This document shows, piece after piece, positions 14,101 through 26,426 of a DNA stretch of 64,000 bases. The notes under the pieces were generated by a model, which was given only the letters and a program-made list of their open reading frames with translations, did no database searches and was not told the DNA's origin. Position 1 is the first letter of the stretch; the number at the start of each line of letters is the position of its first letter. Source of the DNA: Ranitomeya imitator (Eukaryota); contig NC_091284.1 of the NCBI RefSeq assembly GCF_032444005.1, positions 513,422,001 through 513,486,000 on the forward strand, written 5' to 3'. A program made the translations under genes and the position numbers.

Positions 14101-17100
14101 ACCTAACAGAGGACACTCACCTCCCTGGGGCATACAGCAGTGTTCTCACCACAGTTCTGTACCGGTACCACAGTTCTGTACCGGTACCGCAGCCATAAAC
14201 CGTGCAGACCACATAAAAGAGGACACTCACCTCCCTGGGGCATACAGCAGGGTTCTCACCACAGTTCTGAACTGGTACCGCAGCCATAAACCGTGCAGAC
14301 CACATAACAGAGGACACTCACCTCCCTGGGGCATACAGCAGTGTTCACACCACAGGTCTGTACCGATACCGCAGCCATAAACCGTGCAGACCACATAACA
14401 GAGGACACTTACCTCCCTGGGGCATACAGCAGTGTTCTCACCATAGGTCTGTACCAGTACCGCAGCCATAAACCGTGCGGACCACATAACAGAGGACACT
14501 CACATCCCTGGGGCATACAGCAGTGTTCTCACCATAGGTCTGTACCGGTACCTCAACCATAAACCGTGCAGGCCACATAACAGAGGACACTCACCTCCCT
14601 GGGGCATACAGCAGTGTTCTCACCACAGTTCTGTACCGGTACCGCAGCCATAAACCGTGCAGACCAAATAACAGAGGACACTCACCTCCCTGGGGCATAC
14701 AGCAGTGTTCTCACCACAGGTCTGTACCGGTACCGCAGCCATAAACCATGCAGACCACATAACAGAGGACACTCACCTCCCTGGGGCATACAGCAGTGTT
14801 CTCACCACAGGTCTGTACCGGTACCGCAGCCATAAACCGTGCGGACCACATAACAGAGGACACTCACATCCCTGGGGCATACAGCAGTGTTCTCACCACA
14901 GGTCTGTACCGGTACCGCAGCCATAAACCGTGCAGCTCCACATAACAGAGGACACTCACCTCCCTGGGGCATACAGCAGTGTTCTCACCACAGGTCTGTA
15001 CCGGTACCGCAGCCATAAACCGTGCGGACCACATAACAGAGGACACTCACCTCCCTGGGGCATACAGCAGTGTTCACACCACAGGTCTGTACCGGTACCG
15101 CAGCCATAAACTGTGCAGACCACATAACAGAGGACACTCACCTCCCTGGGGCATACAGCAGTGTTCTCACCACAGGTCTGTACCGGTACCACAGCCATAA
15201 ACCGTGCAGACCACATAACAGAGGACACTCACCTCCCTGGGGTATACAGCAGTGTTCTCACCACAGGTCTGTACCGGTACCGCAGCCATAAACCGTGTAG
15301 ACCACATAACAGAGGACACTCACCTCCCTGGTGCATACAGCAGTGTTCTCACCACAGGTCTGTATCGGTACCGCGGCCATAAACCGTGCAGACCACATAA
15401 CAGAGGACACTCACCTCCCTGGGGCATACAGCAGTGTTCTCACCACAGGTCTGTACCGGTACTGCGGCCATAAACCATGCAGACCACATAACAGAGGACA
15501 CTCACTTCCCTGGGGCATACAGCAGTATTCTCACCACAAGTCTGTACCGGTACCACAGCCATAATCCGTGCAGCTCCACATAACAGAGGACACTCACCTC
15601 CCTGGCGCATACAGCAGTGTTCTCACCACAGATCTGTACCTGTACCGCGGCCATAAACCGTGCAGACCACATAACAGAGGACACTCACCTCCCTGGGGCA
15701 TACAGCAGTGTTCTCACCACAGGTCTGTACCGGTACCGCAGCCATAAACCGTGCAGACCACATAACAGAGGACACTCACCTCCCTGGGGCATACAGCAGT
15801 GTTCTCACCACAGTTCTGTACCGGTACCACAGCCATAAACCGTGCAGACCACATAACAGAGGACACTCACCTCCCTGGGGCATACAGCAGTGTTCTCACC
15901 ACAGGTCTGTACCGGTACCGCAGCCATAAACCATGCAGACCACATAACAGAGGACACTCACCTCCCTGGGGCATACAGCAGTGTTCTCCCCACAGGTCTG
16001 TACCGGTACCGCAGCCATAAACCGTGCAGCTCCACATAACAGAGGACACTCACCTCCCTGGGGCATACAGCAGTGTTCTCACCACAGGTCTGTACCGGTA
16101 CCACAGCCATAAACTGTGCAGACCACATAACAGAGGACACTCACCTCCCTGGGGCATACAGCAGTGTTCTCACCACAGGTCTGTACCGGTACCACAGCCA
16201 TAAAGCGTGCAGACCACATAACAGAGGACACTCACCTCCCTGGGGCATACAGCAGTGTTCACACCACAGGTCTGTACCGGTACCACAGCCATAAACTGTG
16301 CAGCTCCACATAACAGAGGACACTCACCTCCCTGGGGCATACAGCAGTGTTCACACCACAGGTCTGTACTGGTACCTCAGCCATAAACCGTGCAAACCAC
16401 ATAACAGAGGACACTCACCTCCCTGGGACATACAGCAGTGTTCTCACCACTGGTCTGTACCGGTACCGCAGCCATAAACCGTGCAGACCACATAACAAAG
16501 GACACTCACCCCCCTGGGGCATACAGCAGTGTTCTCACCATAGGTCTGTACCGGTACCGCAGCCATAAACCGTGCGGACCACATAACAGAGGACACTCAC
16601 ATCCCTGGGGCATACAGCAGTGTTCTCACCATAGGTCTGTACCGATACCTCAACCATAAACCATGCAGGCCACATAACAGAGGACACTCACCTCCCTGGG
16701 GCATACAGCAGGGTTCTCACCACAGGTCTGTACCGGTACCGCAGCCATAAACCGTGCGGACCACATAACAGAGGACACTCACCTCCCTGGGGCATACAGC
16801 AGTGTTCTAACCACAGGTCTGTACCGGTACCACAGTCATAAACCATGCAGCTCCACATAACAGAGGACAGTCACCTCCCTGGGGCATACAGCAGTGTTCA
16901 CACCACAGGACTGTACCGGTACCGCAGCCATAAACCGTGCAGACCACCTAAGAGAGGACACTCACCTCCCTGGGGCATACAGCAGTGTTCTCACCATAGG
17001 TCTGTACCGGTACCTCAACCATAAACCGTGCAGGCCACATAACAGAGGACACTCACCTCCCTGGGGCATACAGCAGTGTTCTCACCACAGTTCTGTACCG

Positions 17101-20100
17101 GTACCGCAGCCATAAACCGTGCAGACCACATAACAGAGGACACTCACCTCCCTGGGGCATACAGCAGTGTTCTCACCACAGGTCTGTACCGGTACCGCAG
17201 CCATAAACCGTGCGGACCACATAACAGAGGACACTCACCTCCCTGGGGCATACAGCAGTGTTCTCACCACAGGTCTGTACCGATACCGCAGCCATAAACC
17301 GTGCAGGCCACATAACAGAGGACACTCACCTCCCTGGGGCCTACAGCAGTGTTCTCACCACAGGTCTGTACCGGTACCGCAGCCATAAACCGTGCAGACC
17401 ACATAACAGAGGACACTCACCTCCCTGGGGCATACAGCAGTGTTCTCACCACAGGTCTGTACCGGTACCGCAGCCATAAATCGTGCGGACCACATAACAG
17501 AGGACACTCACATCCCTGGGGCATACAGCAGTGTTCTCACTACAGGTCTGTACTGGTACCACAGCCATAAACCGTGCAGCTCCACATAACAGAGGACACT
17601 CACCTCCCTGGGGCATACAGCAGTGTTCTCACCAGAGGTCTGTACCGGTACCACAGCCATAAACCGTGCAGACCACATAACAGAGGACACTCACCTCCCT
17701 GGGGCATACAGCAGTGTTCTCACCACAGGTCTGTACCGGTACCGCAGCCATAAACCGTGCAGCTCCGCATAACAGAGGACACTCACCTCCCTGGGGCATA
17801 CAGCAGTGTTCACACCAAAGGTCTGTACCGGAACCTCAGCCATAAACCGTGCAGACCACATAACAGAGGACACTCACCTCCCTGGGGCATACAGCAGTGT
17901 TCTCACCACAGGTCTGTACCGGTACCGCAGTCATAAACCGTGCAGCTCCACATAACAGTGGACATTCACCTCCCTGGGGCAAAAAACAGTGTTCACACCA
18001 CAGGTCTGTACCGGTACCACAGCCATAAACCGTGCAGCTCCACATAACAGAGGACACTCACCTCCCTGGGGCATACAGCAGTGTTCACACCACAGGTCTG
18101 TACCGGTACCTCAGCCATAAACCGTGCAAACCACATAACAGAGGACACTCACCTCCCTGGGGCATACAGCAGTGTTCTCACCACTGGTCTGTGCCGGTAC
18201 CGCAGCCATAAACCGTGCAGACCACATAACAGAGGACACTCACCCCCCTGGGGCATACAGCAGTGTTCTCACCACAGGTCTGTACCGGTACCGCAGTCAT
18301 AAACCGTGCAGCTCCACATAACAGAGGACACTCACCTCCCTGGGGCATACAGAAGTGTTCACACCACAGGTCTGTACCGGTACCACAGCCATAAACTGTG
18401 CAGCTCCACATAACACAGGACACTCACCTCCTTGGGGCATACAGCAGTGTTCTCACCATAGGTCTGTACCGGCACCTCAACCATAAACCGTGCAGGCCAC
18501 ATAACAGAGGACACTCACCTCCCTGGGGCATACAGCAGTGTTCTCACCACAGTTCTGTACCGGTACCGCAGCCATAGACCGTGCAGACCACATAACAGAG
18601 GACACTCACCTCCCTGGGGCATACAGCAGTGTTCTCACCACAGGTCTGTACCGGTACCGCAGCCATAAACCGTGCGTACCACATAACAGAGGACACTCAC
18701 CTCCCTGGGGCATACAGCAGTGTTCTCACTACAGGTCTGTACCGGTACCGCAGCCATAAACCGTGCAGGCCACATAACAGAGGACACTCACCTCCCTGGG
18801 CCATAAAGCAGTGTTCTCACCACAGGTCTGTACCGGTACCGCAGCCATAAACCGTGCAGACCACATAACAGAGGACACTCACCTCCCTGGGGAATACAGC
18901 AGTGTTCTCACCACAGGTCTGCATCGGTACTGCAGCCATAAATCGTGCGGACCACATAACAGAGGACACTCACATCCCTGGGGCATACAGCAGTGTTCTC
19001 ACCACAGGTCTGTACTGGTACCACAGTCATAAACCGTGCAGCTCCACATAACAGAGGACACTCACCTCCCTGGCGCATACAGCAGTGTTCTCACCACAGG
19101 TCTGTACCGGTACCACAGCCATAAACTGTGCAGCTCCACATAACACAGGACACTCACCTCCCTGGGGCATACAGCAGTGTTCTCACCATAGGTCTGTACC
19201 GGTACCTCAACCATAAACCGTGCAGGCCACATAACAGAGGACACTCACCTCCCTGGGGCATACAGCAGTATTCTCACCACAGTTCTGTACCGGTACCGTA
19301 GCCATAAACCGTGCAGACCACATAACAGAGGACACTCACCTCCCTGGGGCATACAGCAGTGTTCTCACCACAGGTCTGTACCGGTACCGCAGCCATAAAC
19401 CGTGCGGACCACATAACAGAGGACACTCACCTCCCTGGGGCATACAGCAGTGTTCTCACTACAGGTCTGTACCGGTACCGCAGCCATAAACCGTGCAGGC
19501 CACATAACAGAGGACACTCACCTCCCTGGGGCATACAGCAGTGTTCTCACCACAGGTCTGTACCGGTACCGCAGCCATAAACCGTGCAGACCACATAACA
19601 GAGGACACTCACCTCCCTGGGGCATACAGCAGTGTTCTCACCACAGGTCTGCACCGGTACCGCAGCCATAAATCGTGCGGACCACATAACAGAGGACACT
19701 CACATCCCTGGGGCATACAGCAGTGTTCTCACCACAGGTCTGTACTGGTACCACAGTCATAAACCGTGCAGCTCCACATAACAGAGGACACTCACCTCCC
19801 TGGCGCATACAGCAGTGTTCTCACCACAGGTCTGTACCGGTACCACAGCCATAAACCGTGCAGACCACATAACAGAGGACACTCACCTCCCTGGGGCATA
19901 CAGCAGTGTTCTCCCCACAGGTCTGTACCGGTACCGCAGCCATAAACCGTGCAGCTCCACATAACAGAGGACACTCACCTCCCTTGGGCATACAGCAGTG
20001 TTCACACCAAAGGTCTGTACCGGTACCTCAGCCATAAACCGTGCAGACCACATAACAGAGGACACTCACCTCCCTGGGGCATACAGCAGTGTTCACACCA

Positions 20101-23100
20101 CAGGTCTGTACCGGTACCGCAGCCATAAACCGTGCAAACCACATAACAGAGGACACTCACCTCCCTGGGGCATACAGCAGTGTTCTCACCACAGGTCTGT
20201 ACCGGTACCGCAGCCATAAACCGTGCAGACCACATAACAGAGGACACTCACCTCCCTGGGGTATACAGCAGTGTTCTCACCACAGGTCTGTACCGGTACC
20301 GCAGCCATAAACCGTGTAGACCACATAACAGAGGACACTCACCTCCCTGGTGCATACAGCAGTGTTCTCACCACAGGTCTGTACCGGTACCGCGGCCATA
20401 AACCGTGCAGACCACATAACAGAGGACACTCACCTCCCTGGGGCATACAGCAGTGTTCTCACCACAGGTCTGTACCGGTACCGCGGCCATAAACCATGCA
20501 GACCACATAACAGAGGACACTCACTTCCCTGGGGCATACAGCAGTATTCTCACCACAAGTCTGTACCGGTACCACAGCCATAATCCGTGCAGCTCCACAT
20601 AACAGAGGACACTCACCTCCCTGGCGCATACAGCAGTGTTCTCACCACAGATCTGTACCTGTACCGCGGCCATAAACCGTGCAGACCACATAACAGAGGA
20701 CACTCACCTCCCTGGGGCATACAGCAGTGTTCTCACCACAGGTCTGTACCGGTACCACAGCCATAAACCGTGCAGACCACATAACAGAGGACACTCACCT
20801 CCCTGGGGCATACAGCAGTGTTCTCACCACAGTTCTGTATCGGTACCACAGCCATAAACCGTGCAGACCACATAACAGAGGACACTCACCTCCCTGGGGC
20901 ATACAGCAGTGTTCTCACCACAGGTCTGTACCGGTACCGCAGCCATAAACCATGCAGACCACATAACAGAGGACACTCACCTCCCTGGGGCATACAGCAG
21001 TGTTCACACCACAGGTCTGTACCGGTACCGCAGCCATAAACCGTGCAGACCACATAACAGAGGACACTCACCTCCCTGGGGCATACAGCAGTGTTCTCCC
21101 CACAGGTCTGTACCGGTACCGCAGCCATAAACCGTGCAGCTCCACATAACAGAGGACACTCACCTCCCTGGGGCATACAGCAGTGTTCACACCACAGGTC
21201 TGTACCGGTACCGCAGCCATAAACTGTGCAGACCACATAACAGAGGACACTCACCTCCCTGGGGCATACAGCAGTGTTCTCACCACAGGTCTGTACCGGT
21301 ACCACAGCCATAAACCGTGCAGACCACATAACAGAGGACACTCACCTCCCTGGGGTATGCAGCAGTGTTCTCACCACAGGTCTGTATCGGTACCGCAGCC
21401 ATAAACCGTGCAGACCACATAACAGAGGACACTCACCTCCCTGGTGCATACAGCAGTGTTCTCACCACAGGTCTGTACCGGTACCGCGGCCATAAACCGT
21501 GCAGACCACATAACAGAGGACACTCACTTCCCTGGGGCATACAGCAGTGTTCTCACCACAGGTCTGTACCGGTACCGCGGCCATAAACCATGCAGACCAC
21601 ATAACAGAGGACACTCACTTCCCTGGGGCATACAGCAGTATTCTCACAAGTCTGTACCGGTACCACAGCCATAATCCGTGCAGCTCCACATAACAGAGGA
21701 CACTCACCTCCCTGGGGCATACAGCAGTGTTCTCACCACAGATCTGTACCTGTACCGCGGCCATAAACCGTGCAGACCACATAACAGAGGACACTCACCT
21801 CCCTGGGGCATACAGCAGTGTTCACACCACAGGTCTGTACCGGTACCGCAGCCATAAACTGTGCAGACCACATAACAGAGGACACTCACCTCCCTGGGGC
21901 ATGCAGCAGTGTTCTCACCACAGGTCTGTACTGGTACCACAGCCATAAACCGTGCAGACCACATAACAGAGGACACTCACCTCCCTGGGGTATACAGCAG
22001 TGTTCTCACCACAGGTCTGTACCGGTACCGCAGCCATAAACCGTGTAGACCACATAACAGAGGACACTCACCTCCCTGGTGCATACAGCAGTGTTCTCAC
22101 CACAGGTCTGTACCGGTACCGCGGCCATAAACCGTGCAGACCACATAACAGAGGACACTCACCTCCCTGGGGCATACAGCAGTGTTCTCACCACAGGTCT
22201 GTACCGGTACCGCGGCCATAAACCATGCAGACCACATAACAGAGGACACTCACTTCCCTGGGGCATACAGCAGTATCCTCACCACAAGTCTGTACCGGTA
22301 CCACAGCCATAATCCGTGCAGCTCCACATAACAGAGGACACTCACCTCCCTGGGGCATACAGCAGTGTTCTCACCACAGATCTGTACCTGTACCGCGGCC
22401 ATAAACCGTGCAGACCACATAACAGAGGACACTCACCTCCCTGGGGCATACAGCAGTGTTCTCACCACAGGTCTGTACCGGTACCGCAGACATAAACCGT
22501 GCAGATCACTTAACAGAGGACACTCACCTCCCTGGGGCATACAGCAGTGTTCTCACCACAGTTCTGTACCGGTACCACAGCCATAAACCGTGCAGACCAC
22601 ATAACAGAGGACACTCACCTCCGTGGGGCATACAGCAGTGTTCTCACCACAGGTCTGTACCGGTACCGCAGCCATAAACCATGCAGACCACATAACAGAG
22701 GACACTCACCTCCCTGGGGCATACAGCAGTGTTCACACCACAGGTCTGTACCGGTACCGCAGCCATAAACCGTGCAGACCACATAACAGAGGACACTCAC
22801 CTCCCTGGGGCATACAGCAGTGTTCTCCCCACAGGTCTGTACCGGTACCGCAGCCATAAACCGTGCAGCTCCACATAACAGAGGACACTCACCTCCCTGG
22901 GGCATACAGCAGTGTTCACACCACAGGTCTGTACCGGTACCGCAGCCATAAACTGTGCGGACCACATAACAGAGGACACTCACCTCCCTGGGGCATACAG
23001 CAGTGTTCTCACCACAGGTCTGTACCGGTACCACAGCCATTAACCGTGCAGACCACATAACAGAGGACACTCACCTCCCTGGGGTATACAGCAGTGTTCT

Positions 23101-25845
23101 CACCACAGGTCTGTATCGGTACCGCAGCCATAAACCGTGCAGACCACATAACAGAGGACACTCACCTCCCTGGTGCATACAGCAGTGTTCTCACCACAGG
23201 TCTGTATCGGTACCGCGGCCATAAACCGTGCAGACCACATAACAGAGGACACTCACCTCCCTGGGGCATACAGCAGTGTTCTCACCACAGGTCTGTACCG
23301 GTACCGCGGCCATAAACCATGCAGACCACATAACAGAGGAAACTCACTTCCCTGGGGCATACAGCAGTATTCTCACCACAAGTCTGTACCGGTACCACAG
23401 CCATAATCCGTGCAGCTCCACATAACAGAGGACACTCACCTCCCTGGGGCATACAGCAGTGTTCTCACCACAGATCTGTACCTGTACCACAGCCATAAAC
23501 CGTGCAGACCACATAACAGAGGACACTCACCTCCTTGGGGTATACAGCAGTGTTCTCACCACAGGTCTGTACCGGTACCGCAGCCATAAACCGTGTAGAC
23601 CACATAACAGAGGACACTCACCTCCCTGGTGCATACAGCAGTGTTCTCACCACAGGTCTGTACCGGTATCGCGGCCATAAACCATGCAGACCACATAACA
23701 GAGGACACTCACCTCCCTGGGGCATACAGCAGTATTCTCACCACAAGTCTGTACCGGTACCGCAGCCATAAACCGTGCAGACCACATAACAGAGGACACT
23801 CACCTCCCTGGGGCATACAGCAGTGTTCTCACCACAGGTCTGTACCGGTACCACAGCCATTAACCGTGCAGACCACATAACAGAGGACACTCACCTCCCT
23901 GGGGTATACAGCAGTGTTCTCACCACAGGTCTGTATCGGTACCGCAGCCATAAACCGTGCTGACCACATAACAGAGGACACTCACCTCCCTGGTGCATAC
24001 AGCAGTGTTCTCACCACAGGTCTGTACCGGTACCGCGGCCATAAACCGTGCAGACCACATAACAGAGGACACTCACCTCCCTGGGGCATACAGCAGTGTT
24101 CTCACCACAGGTCTGTACCGGTACCGCGGCCATAAACCATGCAGACCACATAACAGAGGACACTCACTTCCCTGGGGCATACAGCAGTATTCTCACCACA
24201 AGTCTGTATCGGTACCACAGCCATAATCCGTGCAGCTCCACATAACAGAGGACACTCACCTCCCTGGGGCATACAGCAGTGTTCTCACCACAGATCTGTA
24301 CCTGTACCGCGGCCATAAACCGTGCAGACCACATAACAGAGGACACTCACCTCCCTGGGGCATACAGCAGTGTTCACACCACAGGTCTGTACCGGTACCG
24401 CAGCCATAAACTGTGCAGACCACATAACAGAGGACACTCACCTCCCTGGGGCATACAGCAGTGTTCTCACCACAGGTCTGTACCGGTACCACAGCCATAA
24501 ACCGTGCAGACCACATAACAGAGGACACTCACCTCCCTGGGGTATACAGCAGTGTTCTCACCACAGGTCTGTACCGGTACCGCAGCCATAAACCGTGTAG
24601 ACCACATAACAGAGGACACTCACCTCCCTGGTGCATACAGCAGTGTTCTCACCACAGGTCTGTACCGGTACCGCGGCCATAAACCGTGCAGACCACATAA
24701 CAGAGGACACTCACCTCCCTGGGGCATACAGCAGTGTTCTCACCACAGGTCTGTACCGGTACCACAGCCATAATCCGTGCAGCTCCACATAACAGAGGAC
24801 ACTCACCTCCCTGGGGCATACAGCAGTGTTCTCACCACAGATCTGCACCTGTACCGCGGCCATAAACCGTGCAGACCACATAACAGAGGACACTCACCTC
24901 CCTGGGGCATACAGCAGTGTTCTCAACACAGGTCTGTACCGGTACCGCAGCCATAAACCGTGCAGACCACATAACAGAGGACACTCACCTCCCTGGGGCA
25001 TACAGCAGTGTTCTCACCACAGTTCTGTACCGGTACCACAGCCATAAACCGTGCAGACCACATAACAGAGGACACTCACCTCCCTGGGGCATACAGCAGT
25101 GTTCTCACCACAGGTCTGTACCGGTACCGCAGCCATAAACCATGCAGACCACATAACAGAGGACACTCACCTCCCTGGGGCATACAGCAGTGTTCTCACC
25201 ACAGGTCTGTACCGGTACCGCGGCCATAAACCGTGCAGACCACATAAAAGAGGACACTCACCTCCCTGGGGCATACAGCAGTGTTCTCACCACAGGTCTG
25301 TACCGGTACCGCAGCCATAAACCATGCAGACCACATAACAGAGGACACTCACCTCCCTGGGGCATACAGCAGTGTTCACACCACAGGTCTGTACCGGTAC
25401 CACAGCCATAAACCGTGCATACCACATAACAGAGGACACTCACCTCCCTGGGGCATACAGCAGTGTTCTCACCACAGGTCTGTACCGGTACCGCAGCCAT
25501 AAACCGTGCAGCTCCACATAACAGAGGACACTCACCTCCCTGGGGCATACAGCAGTGTTCTCACCACAGGTCTGTACCGGTACCGCAGCCATAAACCGTG
25601 CAGCTCCACATAACAGAGGACACTCACCTCCCTGGGGCATACAGCAGTGTTCTCACCACAGGTCTGTACCGGTACCGCAGCCATAAACCGTGCAGCTCCA
25701 CATAACAGAGGACACTCACCTCCCTGGGGCATACAGCAGTGTTCTCACCACAGGTCTGTACCGGTACCGCAGCCATAAACCGTGCAGCTCCACATAACAG
25801 AGGACACTCACCTCCCTGGGGCATACAGCAGTGTTCACACCAAAG
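5122..25845. repeat. 91/92-bp tandem satellite, ~225-230 units, ~20.7 kb
   Basis: Consensus CACATAACAGAGGACACTCACCTCCCTGGGGCATACAGCAGTGTTCTCACCACAGGTCTGTACCGGTACCGCAGCCATAAACCGTGCAGAC. A 92-bp variant has GCAGCTCCAC. Central palindrome GTACCGGTAC (overlapping AgeI/KpnI). Units are diverged at the left edge and homogeneous at the right. Confidence 0.97.
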
Positions 25846-25900
25846 CCAACCGCCAGCTAATGTGTAAACACAGTGGACCCAGCAGACTGGATCATTGCTT
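25812..25900 (-). other. ofd1: Putative non-coding exon 1 of ofd1 (5' end uncertain); donor GAG/GTGAGT at 25812/25811
   Basis: First consensus donor on the minus strand downstream of the promoter island; the head-to-head OFD1/TRAPPC2 arrangement is known in mammals. Inference, no transcript evidence. Confidence 0.5.
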
Positions 25901-26215
25901 ACATGGCAACCAATCACAGCAAGAGCCGAGAGCCAACCTTCCTATCAGCAGCAAAGCGAAGTTCCCGCCCCTTCTAGAGTGAAAAGCCTATTTCCGCGTT
26001 CCAAACCTCTTTTTCCTGTAGTTTCCGGTTGTTATAAATAAAGTTATCAAATAGCGGAAGCGAAGATGCCGGAAAATCGTTCGTGTGACGTCATTGCTTG
26101 TTGACTAGCAGGCTAGGTTGTGCATGTGAGTATTTGAGCCTGGACCTGGCCCCTGACAGAGGTGAGCGCCGGGGAACCCCATTGTCGGGAGGGGATTATC
26201 GTGACGTCATTCTGT
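25850..26215. promoter_or_regulatory. Putative bidirectional ofd1/trappc2 promoter
   Basis: Cluster of motifs in the only unique sequence between the two arrays: X-box-like ATTGCTTACATGGCAAC (25894-25910), CCAAT (25910-25914), GC box CCCGCCCC (25964-25971), ETS-like TTCCGG/GCGGAAG/CCGGAA (26023-26075) and two perfect CRE palindromes TGACGTCA (26086-26093, 26202-26209). Confidence 0.7.
26060..26161 (+). other. trappc2: Putative non-coding exon 1 of trappc2 (donor candidates GTGAGT at 26126, GTGAGC at 26162; start uncertain)
   Basis: Two donor-like sites just downstream of the ETS/CRE cluster; the coding exon at 30024 has an acceptor and so needs an upstream exon. Confidence 0.45.
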
Positions 26216-26426
26216 ATCGCTAGGAATCCAGGCCGCTCCCAGCTCTGCTACATGTGTGGCGCTGCGGTGTGTCCCCGGGAGTGGGGACATGTGGACATGT
26301 CGGTTTTCACCAGCACTCTCTAAGCGGATTCGTAGTGATCAGTGGAAGCCATGATGAGAGTGGCACCTGATGTGGCGGAGCTTCTTACTAATGGCAGCTC
26401 AGATTACCAATGCACTAACAGGATGT

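Noticed and set aside
5049-25982. Hundreds of 60-150 aa ORFs (MFSPQVCTGTAAINRADH..., MSSVMWS...)
   Set aside because: Artefacts of a 91-bp (3n+1) unit: frames rotate and hit the same TAA/TGA every ~2.4 units; most plus-strand ones start at GTG; no domain similarity.
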